64,000 bases of DNA from Chrysomallon squamiferum (taxonomy: Eukaryota > Animalia > Mollusca), in assembly GCA_012295275.1 (NCBI GenBank), contig CM022676.1, positions 4,650,001 to 4,714,000 on the forward strand, read 5' to 3'. The notes under the pieces were generated by a model, which saw nothing but the letters and a program-made list of their open reading frames with translations, was not told the origin of the DNA and ran no database searches. A program made the position numbers and the translations under genes. The stretch's first letter is position 1; every line of letters starts with the position of its first letter. Positions 47,443 to 61,300 of the stretch are shown here, piece after piece.

Positions 47443-48120
47443 CAAGTTCCATATCATTAACAAATATTTCTTTTTCTTTTTTCTTTTTTCCTTTTTTCTT
47501 CGTACCTTTCGTCTTCTTTATTTTATTATTACTTTTTTTTTTTCTTTCTTTTTTTTTTTCTCTCCCCTCGTAGTTATATCTCTTTCGTTCAGCTTGATAA
47601 GGTATTTATGGAAAACGACTGCACAAAGAATAACTAAGGAATTATCTCTCTCCAACCGGCAGACGACAAGGGAGAAAAAAAAAAAAAAAAAAAAAAAAAA
47701 ATCCGTTACAGTGATAGATTGAATTGTAGTAGATGATTCTGTCTTCTGAAATTTTCTCTGTCTTTCTAGGACAGTAGTGATGGATGGCTTTTTTATCGAA
47801 CTTTTGCAGGCCGTTTATTTTTGTAAAGGTCTCATACCACATTTGTTTTTTGAGGTGTTTTTATTTTATTTTTATTTTTATTTTTTTTCTCGTTTCGACT
47901 TTCGTGAGGAAATTACAAGTAATTCGAATTACGACATGTAACTCATTGCTTGGCAGAAATCGTCTTTTAAAACAAAATTAATATCTTAATTACAGACATT
48001 TTTATGTCTTCTTTTTTTCTTGCTGTTGTTGCTTCTGCTATCATAACTGTTACTGTTGTTGTACTTCTTCGTATTCTTCGTATTCGTATTCTTCTTATTC
48101 TTATTCTTCTTCTTCTTCTT

Positions 48121-48186
<66 letters not shown>

Positions 48187-48318
48187 AATAGTTGAAGTAG
48201 TAATAGTAATGGTCGTAATAACGATAGAAAATATAGTAGTAGTTATTGTAATAGTAGTAGCTGTAGTAGTAGTAGAGTAGTAGTAGTAATAGGAGAGTGG
48301 TAGTAGTAGTTGTAGTAG

Positions 48319-48365
<47 letters not shown>

Positions 48366-48571
48366 ATAGTAGCAGTACTGTTGTTACCATTATTATTATT
48401 GTTGATGTTATTATTATTTTTGATGTTTAGGGGATACAACTGTAGAGAAGCTATTTCTTGACGTAAATTAATGACGTCACAAAAACTGAGAAAACGGAAG
48501 CTTCCGTGCAAATTCTAGAATGGGTTTTCTTTTTTCATTGCCGTACTTTATTGTTAGCAAAAACTTGTTAA

Positions 48572-48620
<49 letters not shown>

Positions 48621-48863
48621 GATTTTAAAAAATAATAATAATAATAAAAAAAAAATAATAATAATAATAAAAAGAACAAGAAGAAACAATCAAAAATAAA
48701 ACGAACGCTTAAAATATTTCAAAACGTTTAAAATTAGCCCCCACAAAAAAAAAATAACGATAATAAAAAATTTAAAAAAATACATAACGATAATAAACCA
48801 AAAAACATATATATATATAAACACCTGCAGCGTATCGATCCCAGAACGAGGTTCATTTAAATC

Positions 48864-48914
<51 letters not shown>

Positions 48915-49801
48915 ACAACCTTACTCGTACGTGTTAACAGTAATGTTTTCAGACTTCCTTTTTCTTAAAATACGTCTCTTTAAACGCGTCGAGAAATCGG
49001 CGTGTAATTTCTCTTGACGTCTCATTTTCGCCTTGCTGCTCGGAAAGGAAACGACCTCAGGCAGATTCATATCAGGCAGCCTCGCTGTGGCGAGCGTCGC
49101 CTGCTTCGCGCGTGGCTCTCGCGTCATCGGACAAGAACTGTTTGAGACGTGACGCGGCGAGGCGAAAAATAGAAAGCTAGAAATTTACAAGAGCGAATCG
49201 TGTCGGAATTACTTCCACAGCCCCACACTCGCTCAGCGACAACTCTATGCATACAACAGATTTCGTATCCTTCTTTATTTTTTTTTTTTTATATCTTTTT
49301 TTTTTTCTGTCCTTTTTTTTTTTTTATTTTATTTTTTTTTTTTTTTTTTTTTTTGACTCAGTCTTATAGGGCTAGGGTGTTGCTGGGTGTTTTTTTTTTT
49401 TTAACGGCTTCCGGTCGTAAACTGAGCATGCGCGAGAAATCGTGCCGAATGACTTCTGTATAATAAGCAATCGTTAAAAGATTATGAAAGGTATATTGTT
49501 TTTACGTCTTTTTATTAATTTTATTGCAGATTCGTGGTAATAATGTTCAGTCGTTCCTATCAACTCCGAATATTTTTTTTTTTTTTTAAAGTCTAATTTT
49601 GTTTTTATTGAACATTTTGAATAATGGCGTCTTTAAGTATGAATATTTTGTAGATACGCTGTTGTTTATTATTAATTTTTTTATTGAGTTTACGTCGTAC
49701 CATTTTTTTAATTATTATTATTGGAAAACAAAATACGTTGTTAATTACATAATTTAATAACTTTAATATGAATGTTAGCGTTCCAATATATCTTCTTTTG
49801 T

Positions 49802-49911
<110 letters not shown>

Positions 49912-49957
49912 TACACATATATTTCTCTATTTGGTTCTCTCTCTCTCACTTTCTCCC

Positions 49958-50021
<64 letters not shown>

Positions 50022-50395
50022 CTCATTATCATTCTGAATAACCAACAAATATTTTTTACGACTGTTATTATTATTAAGTTACCATTCAAATATTGCTGTG
50101 CAGAGATGATTTTCTGGCGCCGTTTCAGAGATCATTAACCAGAATCTACAGCGACAAAAGGCACAGTCTTGTGATTCAACGACTCTTAAAACGAAATCTT
50201 AGAATGGTTTAATTCTGTGGAAGAAACAATGAGCCCGTGTCATGTGCGGAATTGTAGATAGGTCCAGTGGTAGAAAATTGTTTTAGTGATTATTTTAAGT
50301 TTGTGTAGTGTCTCTGAATGTGTGGGTTATATGCTAGAATTGAATATTTCTTCTGGAGGTGGTTTTTTCTTCATTTTTTTATTATTTATTATTAT

Positions 50396-50434
<39 letters not shown>

Positions 50435-51521
50435 CTTTTTAAAGCTTATATAGACTTTTTAAAGCACATATACATATTTATTATTACTTTTTTCTTTTGT
50501 TTATTTATTTTTTATCTTTTTATTTGTTTTAATATTATTATTTATTTATTTATTTGTTTATTTTTATTTATTTATTTATTTATTTATTATTTAATTTTTA
50601 ATTTTTTATTTTTTTTTTTTTTTTCTATTATTATTAATATTTTCTTCTCTTTTTTTCTTCTGAACATTGAAAACGATGTAATAACATTGTATAATATTGT
50701 TCAAAAGTTAATTTTATTTTTCTCTCTTTTATTGCAGGAGGTAGATCGGGAAAAACAGTGTAAGGTAAGACAACTTCTTTCTTTTTTACTTGTGAGAAAA
50801 ATTGCTGACATGAAATACACAGATATATACACAATCAAAATGCACTATACAGACACGTTTCCAAATGTTACTTTTCATAAAATACTAAAATAAAATTTAT
50901 ATAAAAAAAAAAGAAGAAGAAGAATAGTAGAAAATAACAACACAACATTTAATTTAATTATGATGATGATGGTTACGATTATGATGATGATGCTAATGAT
51001 GATGATAATCATTGTGAATATGATAAGATAATGAAATAATAATGATGATTGAGATGATGAGTATAAAAACAATCATAAGAACGATAATTAATCCACATCT
51101 TTTAATATTCAGTTCATCGAAACATTTTCTTCGTTGTATTATAGTTATAATTACCAAACACAGCTTATATTAATCCATAACGTTAGATCAGAATTTCCGC
51201 ATAATTTATAGTGACATTTAATTCAAATAAACAACCAAACAAACAAACAAACGAACAAATATACACATATAACTGGTGTTACAGAAAACCGAACGCAGTT
51301 TCATTCATTTGTAGCTAATATTAAATTATTTCTTTCTCGTTCCTAATCTGTAGGCCCTTTCTTCCCTCATTTCTTGAAATGTGTCCAGAATTTATTACGT
51401 CGTTTCCAATCGCTATAATAAGAATGGACGAATCATACTTGGGCCGTTTAAATCTGGTTCCTGAAAGCTTGGGGCGAATTTCAAGCCGTGGATTATGTAC
51501 CGGAAACTGACAGATTTAACC

Positions 51522-51830
51522 GCTAAATTAGTTACCCTAAACGTGCGTCGGATTCTAGTGGAAGAATTTAAATGCATATGGATTTAGCTGGGAGCGTTCG
51601 TACTTTTTATTTATCAAAATTTTGTTATAGTTGGCTTGAATAAATGGAATGTAGTTGTTAAAAGTAGACCCGAGAAGGTGGGGTATGGTTCGAGGATGTG
51701 AGTGATGATATAAATTAATGTATTTTTGTACTGATGGTGATCTTCAGTTTTATTCCATTCAGAGAATGTTACGACCGTGGGTGGAAGCGATTTAATTGTG
51801 TGGAATTCTTTGAGCATTATTGTAGCGTAA
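51522..51830 (+). mobile_element. Highly decayed L1/Tx1-like LINE ORF2 endonuclease (APE) fossil
   Basis: With frameshifts the region reads AKLVTLNVR (51522), VDP/EGGVWFEDV (51664), INVF (~51714) and VGGSD/NCV (~51778-51801). This is the order of the APE motifs TLNVRG, DxxGR, INVYAP and GGDFN. Motif recognition is from memory; multiple stops and frameshifts. Confidence 0.45.
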
Positions 51831-52067
51831 ATTGATATGCTTAGCAAAAGTTCACCTCGTTTTCTATTCGGTTCTAATTTTAGACAGTTTTATCCGTGAA
51901 AACTATCTACATAATATTTTTAATAATAATAATAATAATGTTGTTATATGTCATAACATGAACGTAACTTATAAGCAATAATATGAAATAATTTTGAATA
52001 ATTTTTTTTTCTTCTGTTTTAATCTCCCTCATTTTCTAACTCGGTCTTACATACACTGGAACATACA

Positions 52068-52121
<54 letters not shown>

Positions 52122-52528
52122 CCCCCTTTCTCTACATCACTATTCTCGTTTTCTTTTCCACACAAATCCATCATCCTTTTTCTGGCATACAGTACATTTT
52201 GTCCAAGGCTAAAAGAACAAGCAGAATATTCATTTCACCGATGTGGGGTTTTTATTATTTTAAATTGTTATTTTATTTTTACTTTTTTTTTTCCCTAGCT
52301 TCATTAAATCTGTAAATTAACTGATTTAATATTTGAAATAGTTCAAGCACTAATCGTGATATTCTGTGAGTGCCTGCAAATGGACAGATGCAGTTGCAAG
52401 AGTTTGCGATAAATGTCATCGTTTACCTTAATTGTCAGGGGTTCGGTTTGGTCGTAAATTTTTGTTGTTTTAGTATATTTTGGATTCGATTGCATGTCTT
52501 CTCTAGCAGGTATAGAATTTAGACACGT

Positions 52529-52634
<106 letters not shown>

Positions 52635-52809
52635 ATACACTGACAGACACGTAGGTAGGTAGACACAACCACATATCAAATGATTACAGATCAGTATTTC
52701 TTCCATGCACCAACCTATCCACAAACCAATGTAGACAAACAACTACTCATAACTTCAGACACACACCGTAGACAAAACATTACAAATGCACACACTAAAT
52801 AAATACACG

Positions 52810-53050
52810 CCATCATGCCCGCCCTTCCTCTTCCCCTTCCACATACAACAACACCTGACCAAACGCACACAAAGCGATAGTGAGGCACACGCTGCCTGTT
52901 TTTAGTAATGTTCCGCAGTTACGTTCAGTTAGCGAGTCGTGACTTAATGGCTCCAAGCAGCCATTATCGCCAAAGCCGGAAATACGCACCGGAACCGGAA
53001 GCTGTTGTTTGCGCTAATGAATCATTCCGCCGTTAATCTGCGCACCTAAG
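52810..53050. promoter_or_regulatory. Candidate regulatory island with triple ETS core
   Basis: CCGGAA at 52976, 52989 and 52995; GC-box-like GCCCGCCC at ~52817. Confidence 0.3.
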
Positions 53051-53318
53051 TTGTTTGTTCTCGCGTAAGGTTTTTGTGATAATTCATTAACTTCCATGTC
53101 TCGTCAGACGAACAGACAGACAGAGAGAGGCTTGAGTTATTTTCATTGTTTTATTTACGCTTGTGTTTTGTTACGTTTTATTTCAGTTAGTTATTTTCGG
53201 TGCAGAATTATTTTGGACTGTGCTTATATAAAGGATTCTTATATAGCTATATTTCTTCTTCTTTTACTACTTCTTTTTTTTTTTTTTTTTTTTCTTCTTT
53301 TTCTTCTTCTTCTTCTTC

Positions 53319-53350
<32 letters not shown>

Positions 53351-54036
53351 AATAGTAGACGTAATAGTAATAGTAATGATAGAAAATATAATTGCATGTT
53401 CCGTTTAATGATTACTATTATTATGTTGTTATTGTTATTATTGTTATTATTTGTATTAGTATTAACTTTATGGTCTTGTTTATTATTGTTATTGTTACTG
53501 TTATTACTACTAATGCTGCTGCTGCTAGTGCTGCTGTTACTACTACTACTACTACAACTACTACTACCTTGTTATTCACAGTTGTGGAATTATTCTTTGT
53601 ATCTACATATCTATCTGTCTACATTATGTCCTCATTTGTATTCTATTTCTTTATTCTGTATAATATAATAAATATATTTTTTCATCTTATTTTTTTTTTT
53701 CTGATGTAAAATTTATACCCACGGTTATTTTCACGCAGGCAACATATTCACAAAACACCGTGATTTGTCCAATCAATATTCTCTTCTTCAACCGCGATAT
53801 TCCCATCTGTCTTTTCCTCCCCCGCTTTCCCCGCTTTCCGCTCCAGCACTAATTAGCAACTGTAAAGTGACTTTAAAAAAATAATAAAATATCTCCACAA
53901 ATGTCGCTTTTTTTCTTTCTTAACTACCTGTCGCTTCATGAACAAAGCACTTATAATAATTCATTACAAAAAAGAAATATCATTTTTATTTCTGAAATGA
54001 TACTGCATTATTTTAAATCTTCGTTATATATTAAGA

Positions 54037-54574
54037 TAACCGAACCGCAAATTTAAATAAAATTAGATATTAAAAACAACAAATTTAATTCCATCTTTTA
54101 TGTCATTTTATGTTATCTTTTGTACTATTCATTTACTTCTGTCAGTAGTAGTCTTTGGAATGATTTTTGTTACCTGATTGTAAGTGTTCTTCGTGATCGA
54201 GACTTCTGTTTTAGCACTCGCTACTGGAGTCTTCATGGTTTGACTTGAAATGATACCCTCACTGTTAAAAATGCAGCGAAGAACTTTAGATTTAAACGAA
54301 CGTATCTTCGTTATTAAGAATTAGTATGCAATGACTAGCTACAAGCATGTTGAAGAAAGATGGGAAGTAAACTTTAGAACACCTGTACCGAGTAAATCGA
54401 CAATGTTCAATCTTGTATCCAAATTTGAAGTAACTGGAAGTGTGTCAAATGCTACCAAAAACAGTGATTGTCCAAAAACAGTGATTGTATCGAAGTTCAA
54501 GGTAGACATGTTGAACATTTGTAAATACTAAATATACAGATTAAATTTGCGGTTCGGTTACTTTTGGGACATCC

Positions 54575-54576
<2 letters not shown>
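54037..54576 (+). mobile_element. Internally deleted, non-autonomous Tc1/mariner-superfamily DNA transposon
   Basis: Perfect 20-bp inverted repeat TAACCGAACCGCAAATTTAA (54037-54056) / TTAAATTTGCGGTTCGGTTA (54541-54560). The right end continues CTTTTGGGACATCCTA|TA, resembling the reverse complement of the Tc1/mariner terminus CAGGGTGTCCCAAAA plus a TA target site. The outer part of the left TIR is missing. A transposase N-terminal fragment lies inside. Confidence 0.85.
54271..54490 (+). pseudogene. Transposase N-terminal HTH fragment (DUF4817-like), pseudogenised
   Basis: ATG at 54271 gives MQRRTLDLNERIFVIKN*YAMTSYKHVEERWEVNFRTPVPSKSTMFNLVSKFEVTGSVSNATKNSDCPKTV. The pattern ER.F.....Y, F....PSKST...LV.KF..TGSV and P.TV matches mariner-like HTH domains. 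In-frame TAG at 54322-54324; no DDD/E catalytic domain follows. Confidence 0.8.
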
Positions 54577-54620
<44 letters not shown>

Positions 54621-54705
54621 CGCGGACATCTTTTGGCTAAATGGTGTGATGATAACGGACACTGATTTGTAATTTATAAAAAAATTTTGAACTTATATTT
54701 GATGT

Positions 54706-54806
<101 letters not shown>

Positions 54807-55153
54807 AGACGTCGTTTAATCAAAGTTAAAAACGTGATGTATTACTTCTTAAATGAAACACTACATATTAAGTCATGGTCGTTACCTCACGTGTTCTATA
54901 AATAACTGAGTTCTTTTTCTTTCTTGTTTTTTTTAATTTGTTTCTCTGCGCATGAGTCTAGACAGCGAATAGCTGCTGCGTCATCGTCGAACGCTGGAAA
55001 ATTGTCAGACTGAACTTAATGTATTCTATCACGACATCGTCACATCTTATGTAACAGTGCTAACGCAGGTTGTTTTTTTTATTGTCAGAAAAAGACCTAT
55101 TTTATTCCAGTCGAAAGACTTTCAGTTCCAGATGAAAAAAAAATATAAAAAAT

Positions 55154-55255
55154 ATTTTTGTGATATTTGAGAATGTTTCAGAACTCACGTTTTTGAGTTT
55201 CGTGATGCTTTCTTCAAAATGGTTTGTTACGTAAATTAATTATTATTATTATAAC
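55154..55255 (+). repeat. Dispersed ~100-bp repeat, copy 2, directly followed by (GA)n
   Basis: TTTTTGTGATATTTGAGAATGTTTCAGAACTCACGTTTTTGAGTTT...CTTCAAAATGGTTTGTTACGTAAATTAATTATTATTATTATAAC; same orientation as copy 1. Confidence 0.9.
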
Positions 55256-55500
<245 letters not shown>

Positions 55501-56075
55501 ACTGATTTATTCTTTGGTATAGAAAAACGAAAATCTTAGAATTTTATACTAGTGAAGTAAATTAAGAGGGGAACAGAGATAAAGATAAAAATGAAAGAAA
55601 CGAGAGGGAGAGAAAGAATCGACTAACGGAAAAAGAGAGATGAGATCAACAGACAGACAAACAGACAAGGATAACAACTGAAAGACAGACAGACAGGAGG
55701 ACAGAGGCAAAGGAAACCACGTTAAACATCGCGAGCAACAACACATGTTTGCATCATTACGCTGGTTTGTCGTTAAACAAAAACGAATCGTTAGCGAGCG
55801 TTTCCAGTCGTAACCTCGTCGAATCTAATTACATGTCATAGCCTACAGAATTCCTCTAACGAGAACTCTAACGTCTAAAACACGGTGCTGCAGTCTCCGA
55901 TTTGTCTTCTTTCGTAATCAGTTTGAGTGAATTTCTTGTCCCAGGTTATTTCCACAAGCCGTAGTAGCGAGTTACTAACTAACTAACTCGATGGTTTGTT
56001 TAAATGTAGAAAATTGGATTGGTGCTTTTAACGTCGTTATCGTTCTTTTTCGTTTTCGTTTTTTTATTTTAAATC

Positions 56076-56107
<32 letters not shown>

Positions 56108-56201
56108 GTTGTTTAGTGTGTGTTTGATGATGTTGTCGTTTCTTTTCATCTTTTTGTTTCTTTCTTTTTTTCTTCTTTTTTTTTCTATATTTTATTTTCT
56201 T

Positions 56202-56232
<31 letters not shown>

Positions 56233-56643
56233 TTTGTTTGTTTATTTGTTTTCTTATTTTCTTATTATTTTTTTTTTCAATTTATTTATTTGTTAATTGG
56301 TTTGTTTTCTTATTTATTTTATTTATTTATTTACTTACGTTGCTGTTGTTGTTGTTGTGTTTTTTTTAACAAATACTCAGAGCACCAACTGTCGTGAAAC
56401 TATTCCTGGACACTTTTCTCCTGTGCAATCTTTTTGTCAAAGCACCGGGTAAATTAACCGTCTGGATTATCTCAGACGACCGCAAAATTCCGTCACCGAT
56501 CACGTGAGCACTGATGAATACAGCACCAGTTCGGAACTTAATTTTGTAATCATTGTTTGCCGTTTGGAAATCAGCAGAGAACTGGCTCTCGTTTAAATCT
56601 GCATTTCACAGCGGAAACGTAACAAAATGGCGTTAGTTTCTTT

Positions 56644-57248
56644 CACGATATTGGTCAAATCAACGTCTGTAATTATCCAATCAGAAAGCGGCATTTCTTT
56701 GTCCGTCTACTCACGATTTTGGTCAATTCGAAGTCGATAATTAACCAGTCAGATTACGGTATACATTACTCGCGATTGGTCACTTCAAGGTCAGTAATTA
56801 ACTAATAAGATATAAGCTATCATTATAAAGTCTACACACAATATTGGTATAATAAAAGTCTATAATTAACCAAAAAATATAAGCTTTTCTTTCTTCTTCT
56901 CATCTACAGGCGATATTGGTAAAGTTAATGTTGCTAATTAACCAATCAGATAACAACATTTTTTTTTTTATTATTTAACGCACGATATCAGTCCATTCAA
57001 GGTCAATATTTAACCAATCAAATATCAACATTAATTTCTACGTCTGCATTGCGATATTGGATCACGCGAGAGTTGATAATTAACCAATCAGATATCAGCA
57101 TTTACTGTTTTCCCTCATACTCCAGAAACGTTCTTTGACGACATTGGTCAAATCAGCTGTTCTAATTATCCAATCAGGCAACAGTATTTATTTCACCTCC
57201 GGACCAGAAGGTTCATGCACACACGACATGGGTCAGAAAGTAATTATC
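56644..57248. repeat. Degenerate ~60-85 bp tandem array (8-9 units), consensus CACGATATTGGTCA-N~12-TAATTAACCAATCAGA
   Basis: Units begin near 56644, 56712, 56771, 56837, 56910, 56981, 57051, 57138 and 57222 (partial). ATTGG, TAATTA and CCAATCA are largely retained while the intervening bases vary. Confidence 0.85.
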
Positions 57249-57684
57249 TCTTTCTCTTTGAGGAAAACGAAAATCAGTGGAAGCTATTAAACAAAATGTT
57301 GACGATATTCGACATTTTTTTGATAATAACATCCGACTCAGATTCTGATTAACACGCGAAAAGTTATTTTCTCCAAATCGTAATCATTTTTTTTAAATTT
57401 TATTTATTTATTTTTTTCTTATTTTTTTATTTTTTATTTTTATTTTATTTTTTTTTATTTTTTTTTTTGAATGTCTTATAGTTCATTGGTTACTACATAT
57501 TTGATTTTAATCACTGTGGCAGCAGAAGTAGTCGTGACAGGCCCCAAGAACTAATCCTACTAGTTCGCTAATAAATCAAATGCTGTTGTGTATATTTTCA
57601 TGTTCATGGGAAGGTCTCTATAAAAACATCCATTGCTGCTACTTTAAAAAAAAAATAGTTCGCCATGGGTGAGTAAAGCAGACT

Positions 57685-57774
<90 letters not shown>

Positions 57775-57929
57775 CATGATTAAAAGCCAACGTTTAAATA
57801 ACATGTTCTAACAGTTAGTATTAAAAATATAGTTAAATGTACATTCACTTCATTAATTTATAAACAGTCCGTTAATATTAAAATAAGATTATTTGCCACT
57901 GTTAATTACTGTATTGATGTGTGTTATAT

Positions 57930-58352
57930 TAATCAACGACTGTTTTATGCCTACGACCTGCCATACCTAAGGCCTGTGACCTAATCATTCAGTTACATAT
58001 CAACCACAATTAACAGTGATACAGGTATCTACATATTATTCAACAATGATTTTATAATATATAGGTATTTACTAAAACAGACAACAATGATTTTATTATA
58101 TTGGATATCTACTATAATAGACAATAACTATCTTATGCCTACGATCTTGTATGCCTAAAGTCTATTGTCTAACTAAGCAATTTCAACCTATTCATCTTAA
58201 TCAAAAATAAAATTGATATAGGTGTCTACTATATTACTCAACAATGATTTAATGTCATAGCTATTTACTATATTAGAAATGACAATTTTATATCTACGGT
58301 CTATTAGTCTTTACGTCTACGACCTACCATACTAAGACATAGGGTCTAACCT
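57930..58352. repeat. Diverged ~180-190 bp tandem repeat with ~38-bp internal subrepeats
   Basis: YCTACGA..Y....TA..CTAA anchor at 57950, 58138 and 58316; the subunit (AGGTATCTAC..ATT..CAACAATGATTT) recurs several times. Confidence 0.7.
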
Positions 58353-61300
58353 CACAGTTACTTATTAACCGCAAATGATAACAGTTTAAGTTTCACAAAA
58401 GAACCCAGGATCTCAAATGTCGCGTAAGTAGAATCGTAGAGAATTGAAACTCGAGAGCGCCTGACATTTCGGGTAATCGCAGAATCAAAGACATCCCCAG
58501 TAAACCGGTTTACGTTCCGTACAATAGACTGGAATGACGCTGCGACGGAATTAGTATAATTCGTGTCTGATAACATATTATTGTGACGTAAAGACCCACT
58601 CGGCACATTCCGCCGATCCCCGACGACTGCCGAATAAACTGTATGCAAAGTCGATTAGTCCATCTTAACTACCTTTTCATGAGATCTCGTTCTGCTCGAG
58701 ATGTCAGATCTACGTTTGATAAGAAAGATGGAAATAATAAAAAAAACTGTTTCGCCGAAGTTTTACGAGAAAATCACGTTCTTTTTCATCTTCTGTTTCG
58801 ATCTCCTGAAGAGAAAGAAAGATAAGATTTCTAGAAAAAGAGTTATTTTTGCTACATTTGTTTCCTGGTATTTTTATTTTTATTTTTATTTTTATTTTTA
58901 TTTTTTTATTTTTATTTTTTTAACTTTTATTTTATTGTTAGTTGGGTCTAGTTTTCCTTTCTTTAAAGTTTTTTTTTTTGTTTTTTTACCTTTCTTTACT
59001 TTTTATTGTTTTGTTTGTTTCATTTTTATGTTTATTTTACTTTATTATTTTTTTATTTCTTTGTTCTTTATGGATTTTTTTTCTTGGCGGACGTTCACAG
59101 GTTTTCGTATCTTTTCGTTTCGTTTCTTTTAATGCTGCTTATTTTTAGTTTTCTGTTTTTATTTCGTATTTCTTCTGTCTTCTTTTTTCTTTGATGATAA
59201 TTATCACTTCATAATGCGTTATCCATTTTACTTTTTTTTTCTTTTTCGCTTTCCTTTCAAAAAATTTATTTTTGTTTTCTTTCTTTATATTTTTATTTCG
59301 TTTTTAGTTTATATATTTATATTTTTACTTATTTATTATTACTATTTTTTTTTTTTACATTTTTTATATATCTATTTTTACTTCGTTCTTATTTTTTTTT
59401 TTTTTCTTAATACACGTATTTTTTTTTTTTTTATTTTTTATGCTCTTATTTTTATTTTTATCTTTATTTTCTGAATATTCTCTTTATTTACATATAAACC
59501 AAAAATTCTCTCCGTAGCAAAACAATAATTTGAAGAACATTTTAGTTACCATAATTTGCTACTACTATTGCTACTAGTTCTATTTTTACTACTACTACTA
59601 CTTCGTCTTACAGTAGTAATAGCTTTACTGCTATCATTATAGCCATAGTAGCAGTTCTAATAATAGTAATAGTGGTAGTAGTTGTTGTAATTGTGGTAGT
59701 AGTAGTAGTAATAGAATGGTAGTAACAGTAGTAGTATAAGCAGTAGTAGTAGTTGTTGTTGTTGTTGTAGTACTAATAGAAGTAGCAGTAGCAGTAGTAG
59801 TAGTAGTAGTGGTAGTTGTAGTAATAGTACATGTTTTATTATCACCATCATCATATGAATTAAAATTTTCTACTTTGATGATATTTAGAAAAAGGAAAAA
59901 AAAAAAGGTTATTAAAAATCGTTTCGTTTTGACGCACCTTCATTAGCAGGTTCATTAGAGTTAAGCAATTAGCTTATACACCGCTAAGCTGCGTTCATCA
60001 GAGATTACGACATTAATTCAGTTAGTCATGCTTAACGTAAAGTCTTCTAAATCCATTTGTGACGTAACATTATTTAACGTTTCCGTCAAAGCTGTCCAGT
60101 TACATTTCGAAACATGATTAACTGAGAAGACTGAACGACATCCATTTACCAGTTTCAAAATCGTCTTCAGGAAAAATCTATTTTTTTGTGCTCTTCTTAC
60201 GTAAAGATGACGTCATTGAAATTTAAAAGAACAAGTGGTTTAATTTCAATGACGTTTAAGTGGATTTTTCGAAATTAGAAATTCGATTATGAGTAATTTT
60301 GTTGCGTAATTTCAAGCAGATGTAAATTAGCACTAATTTTGTTTTATGTTGGAGTCCGTAATTTGGGGAGTTAATAACTGTTGGATAATACTAAAATAAA
60401 ATATGTTTCTGTTGTCAAGTATTGTTTCTCTCGATTTATTCCCGATTCTGGAATTCCCGAATCTGGCAGTGAGATTATAACACATCTTAACTGGCCACGC
60501 CAGTTGTTCCATTTCTGGCTGTTTATTGTTCACCCTTACTAACTGGTGTTCCGTCACCTTAATTGATGTCCAAAATTTGAAAGCAGATTCAGTCACACTT
60601 TACACACGAAATGTCCCAGAAAGCACTCCACCGCAAGCTGACAAGTAGGAAGCCGTGTCCCGGGTACACGTGACGTACTGCAATCCCAGCTGGAAGAGCT
60701 TGTGCTTGTCTTCTGGTAGTATTTCCTGTCTCCAAATTTACAGAGATATAACATTAATTTCCTGTCTCCAAACATTAATTTTGTTGCAATCTCTATTCCG
60801 GCTCACCTCTGTTCTTCTCTGCTTTTCACTGCTCATTAAGGTTAATCTCGTTAATCGCCCCCTCTGTTCTTCACTCATCTCGTTATCCCCATGCGTCTAA
60901 ATTGGCCTTAATTACTCACGCCAGTTTTCCCATTTCTGGAAGCGGATTAGGACACCTCACCGATTACCTAATCTGGAGACTGCCAGTTTTGGGAACATAC
61001 CTTTCTCTCGTGTTTATTTTACTAAAGCTTAAACTTTACTAATAATAAAGGATAACAGTAATTACCTGTTGTAGTGTGATCGTAAGACAAATAATGTTCT
61101 ATTTTGTACATTAACAAAACAAAAAATACTTTTTTCTTACAATAAACTTTGAAACTAAACCGTTGACGTGTAGAACACACAAATAATAATGATTTTTTTA
61201 TTTTTTTTATTTTTTTTGTTGGTTATTTAATAAACCCTTTACTAGTAATAGAGTTTGAAAATAAATCGTGAACTGCTAAAACACCAAAAGCATTGTCGGT

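Noticed and set aside
48866-48910. Long poly-A as a retrocopy tail
   Set aside because: No upstream processed-gene or SINE body or target-site duplication is evident, and homopolymers are common throughout the window.
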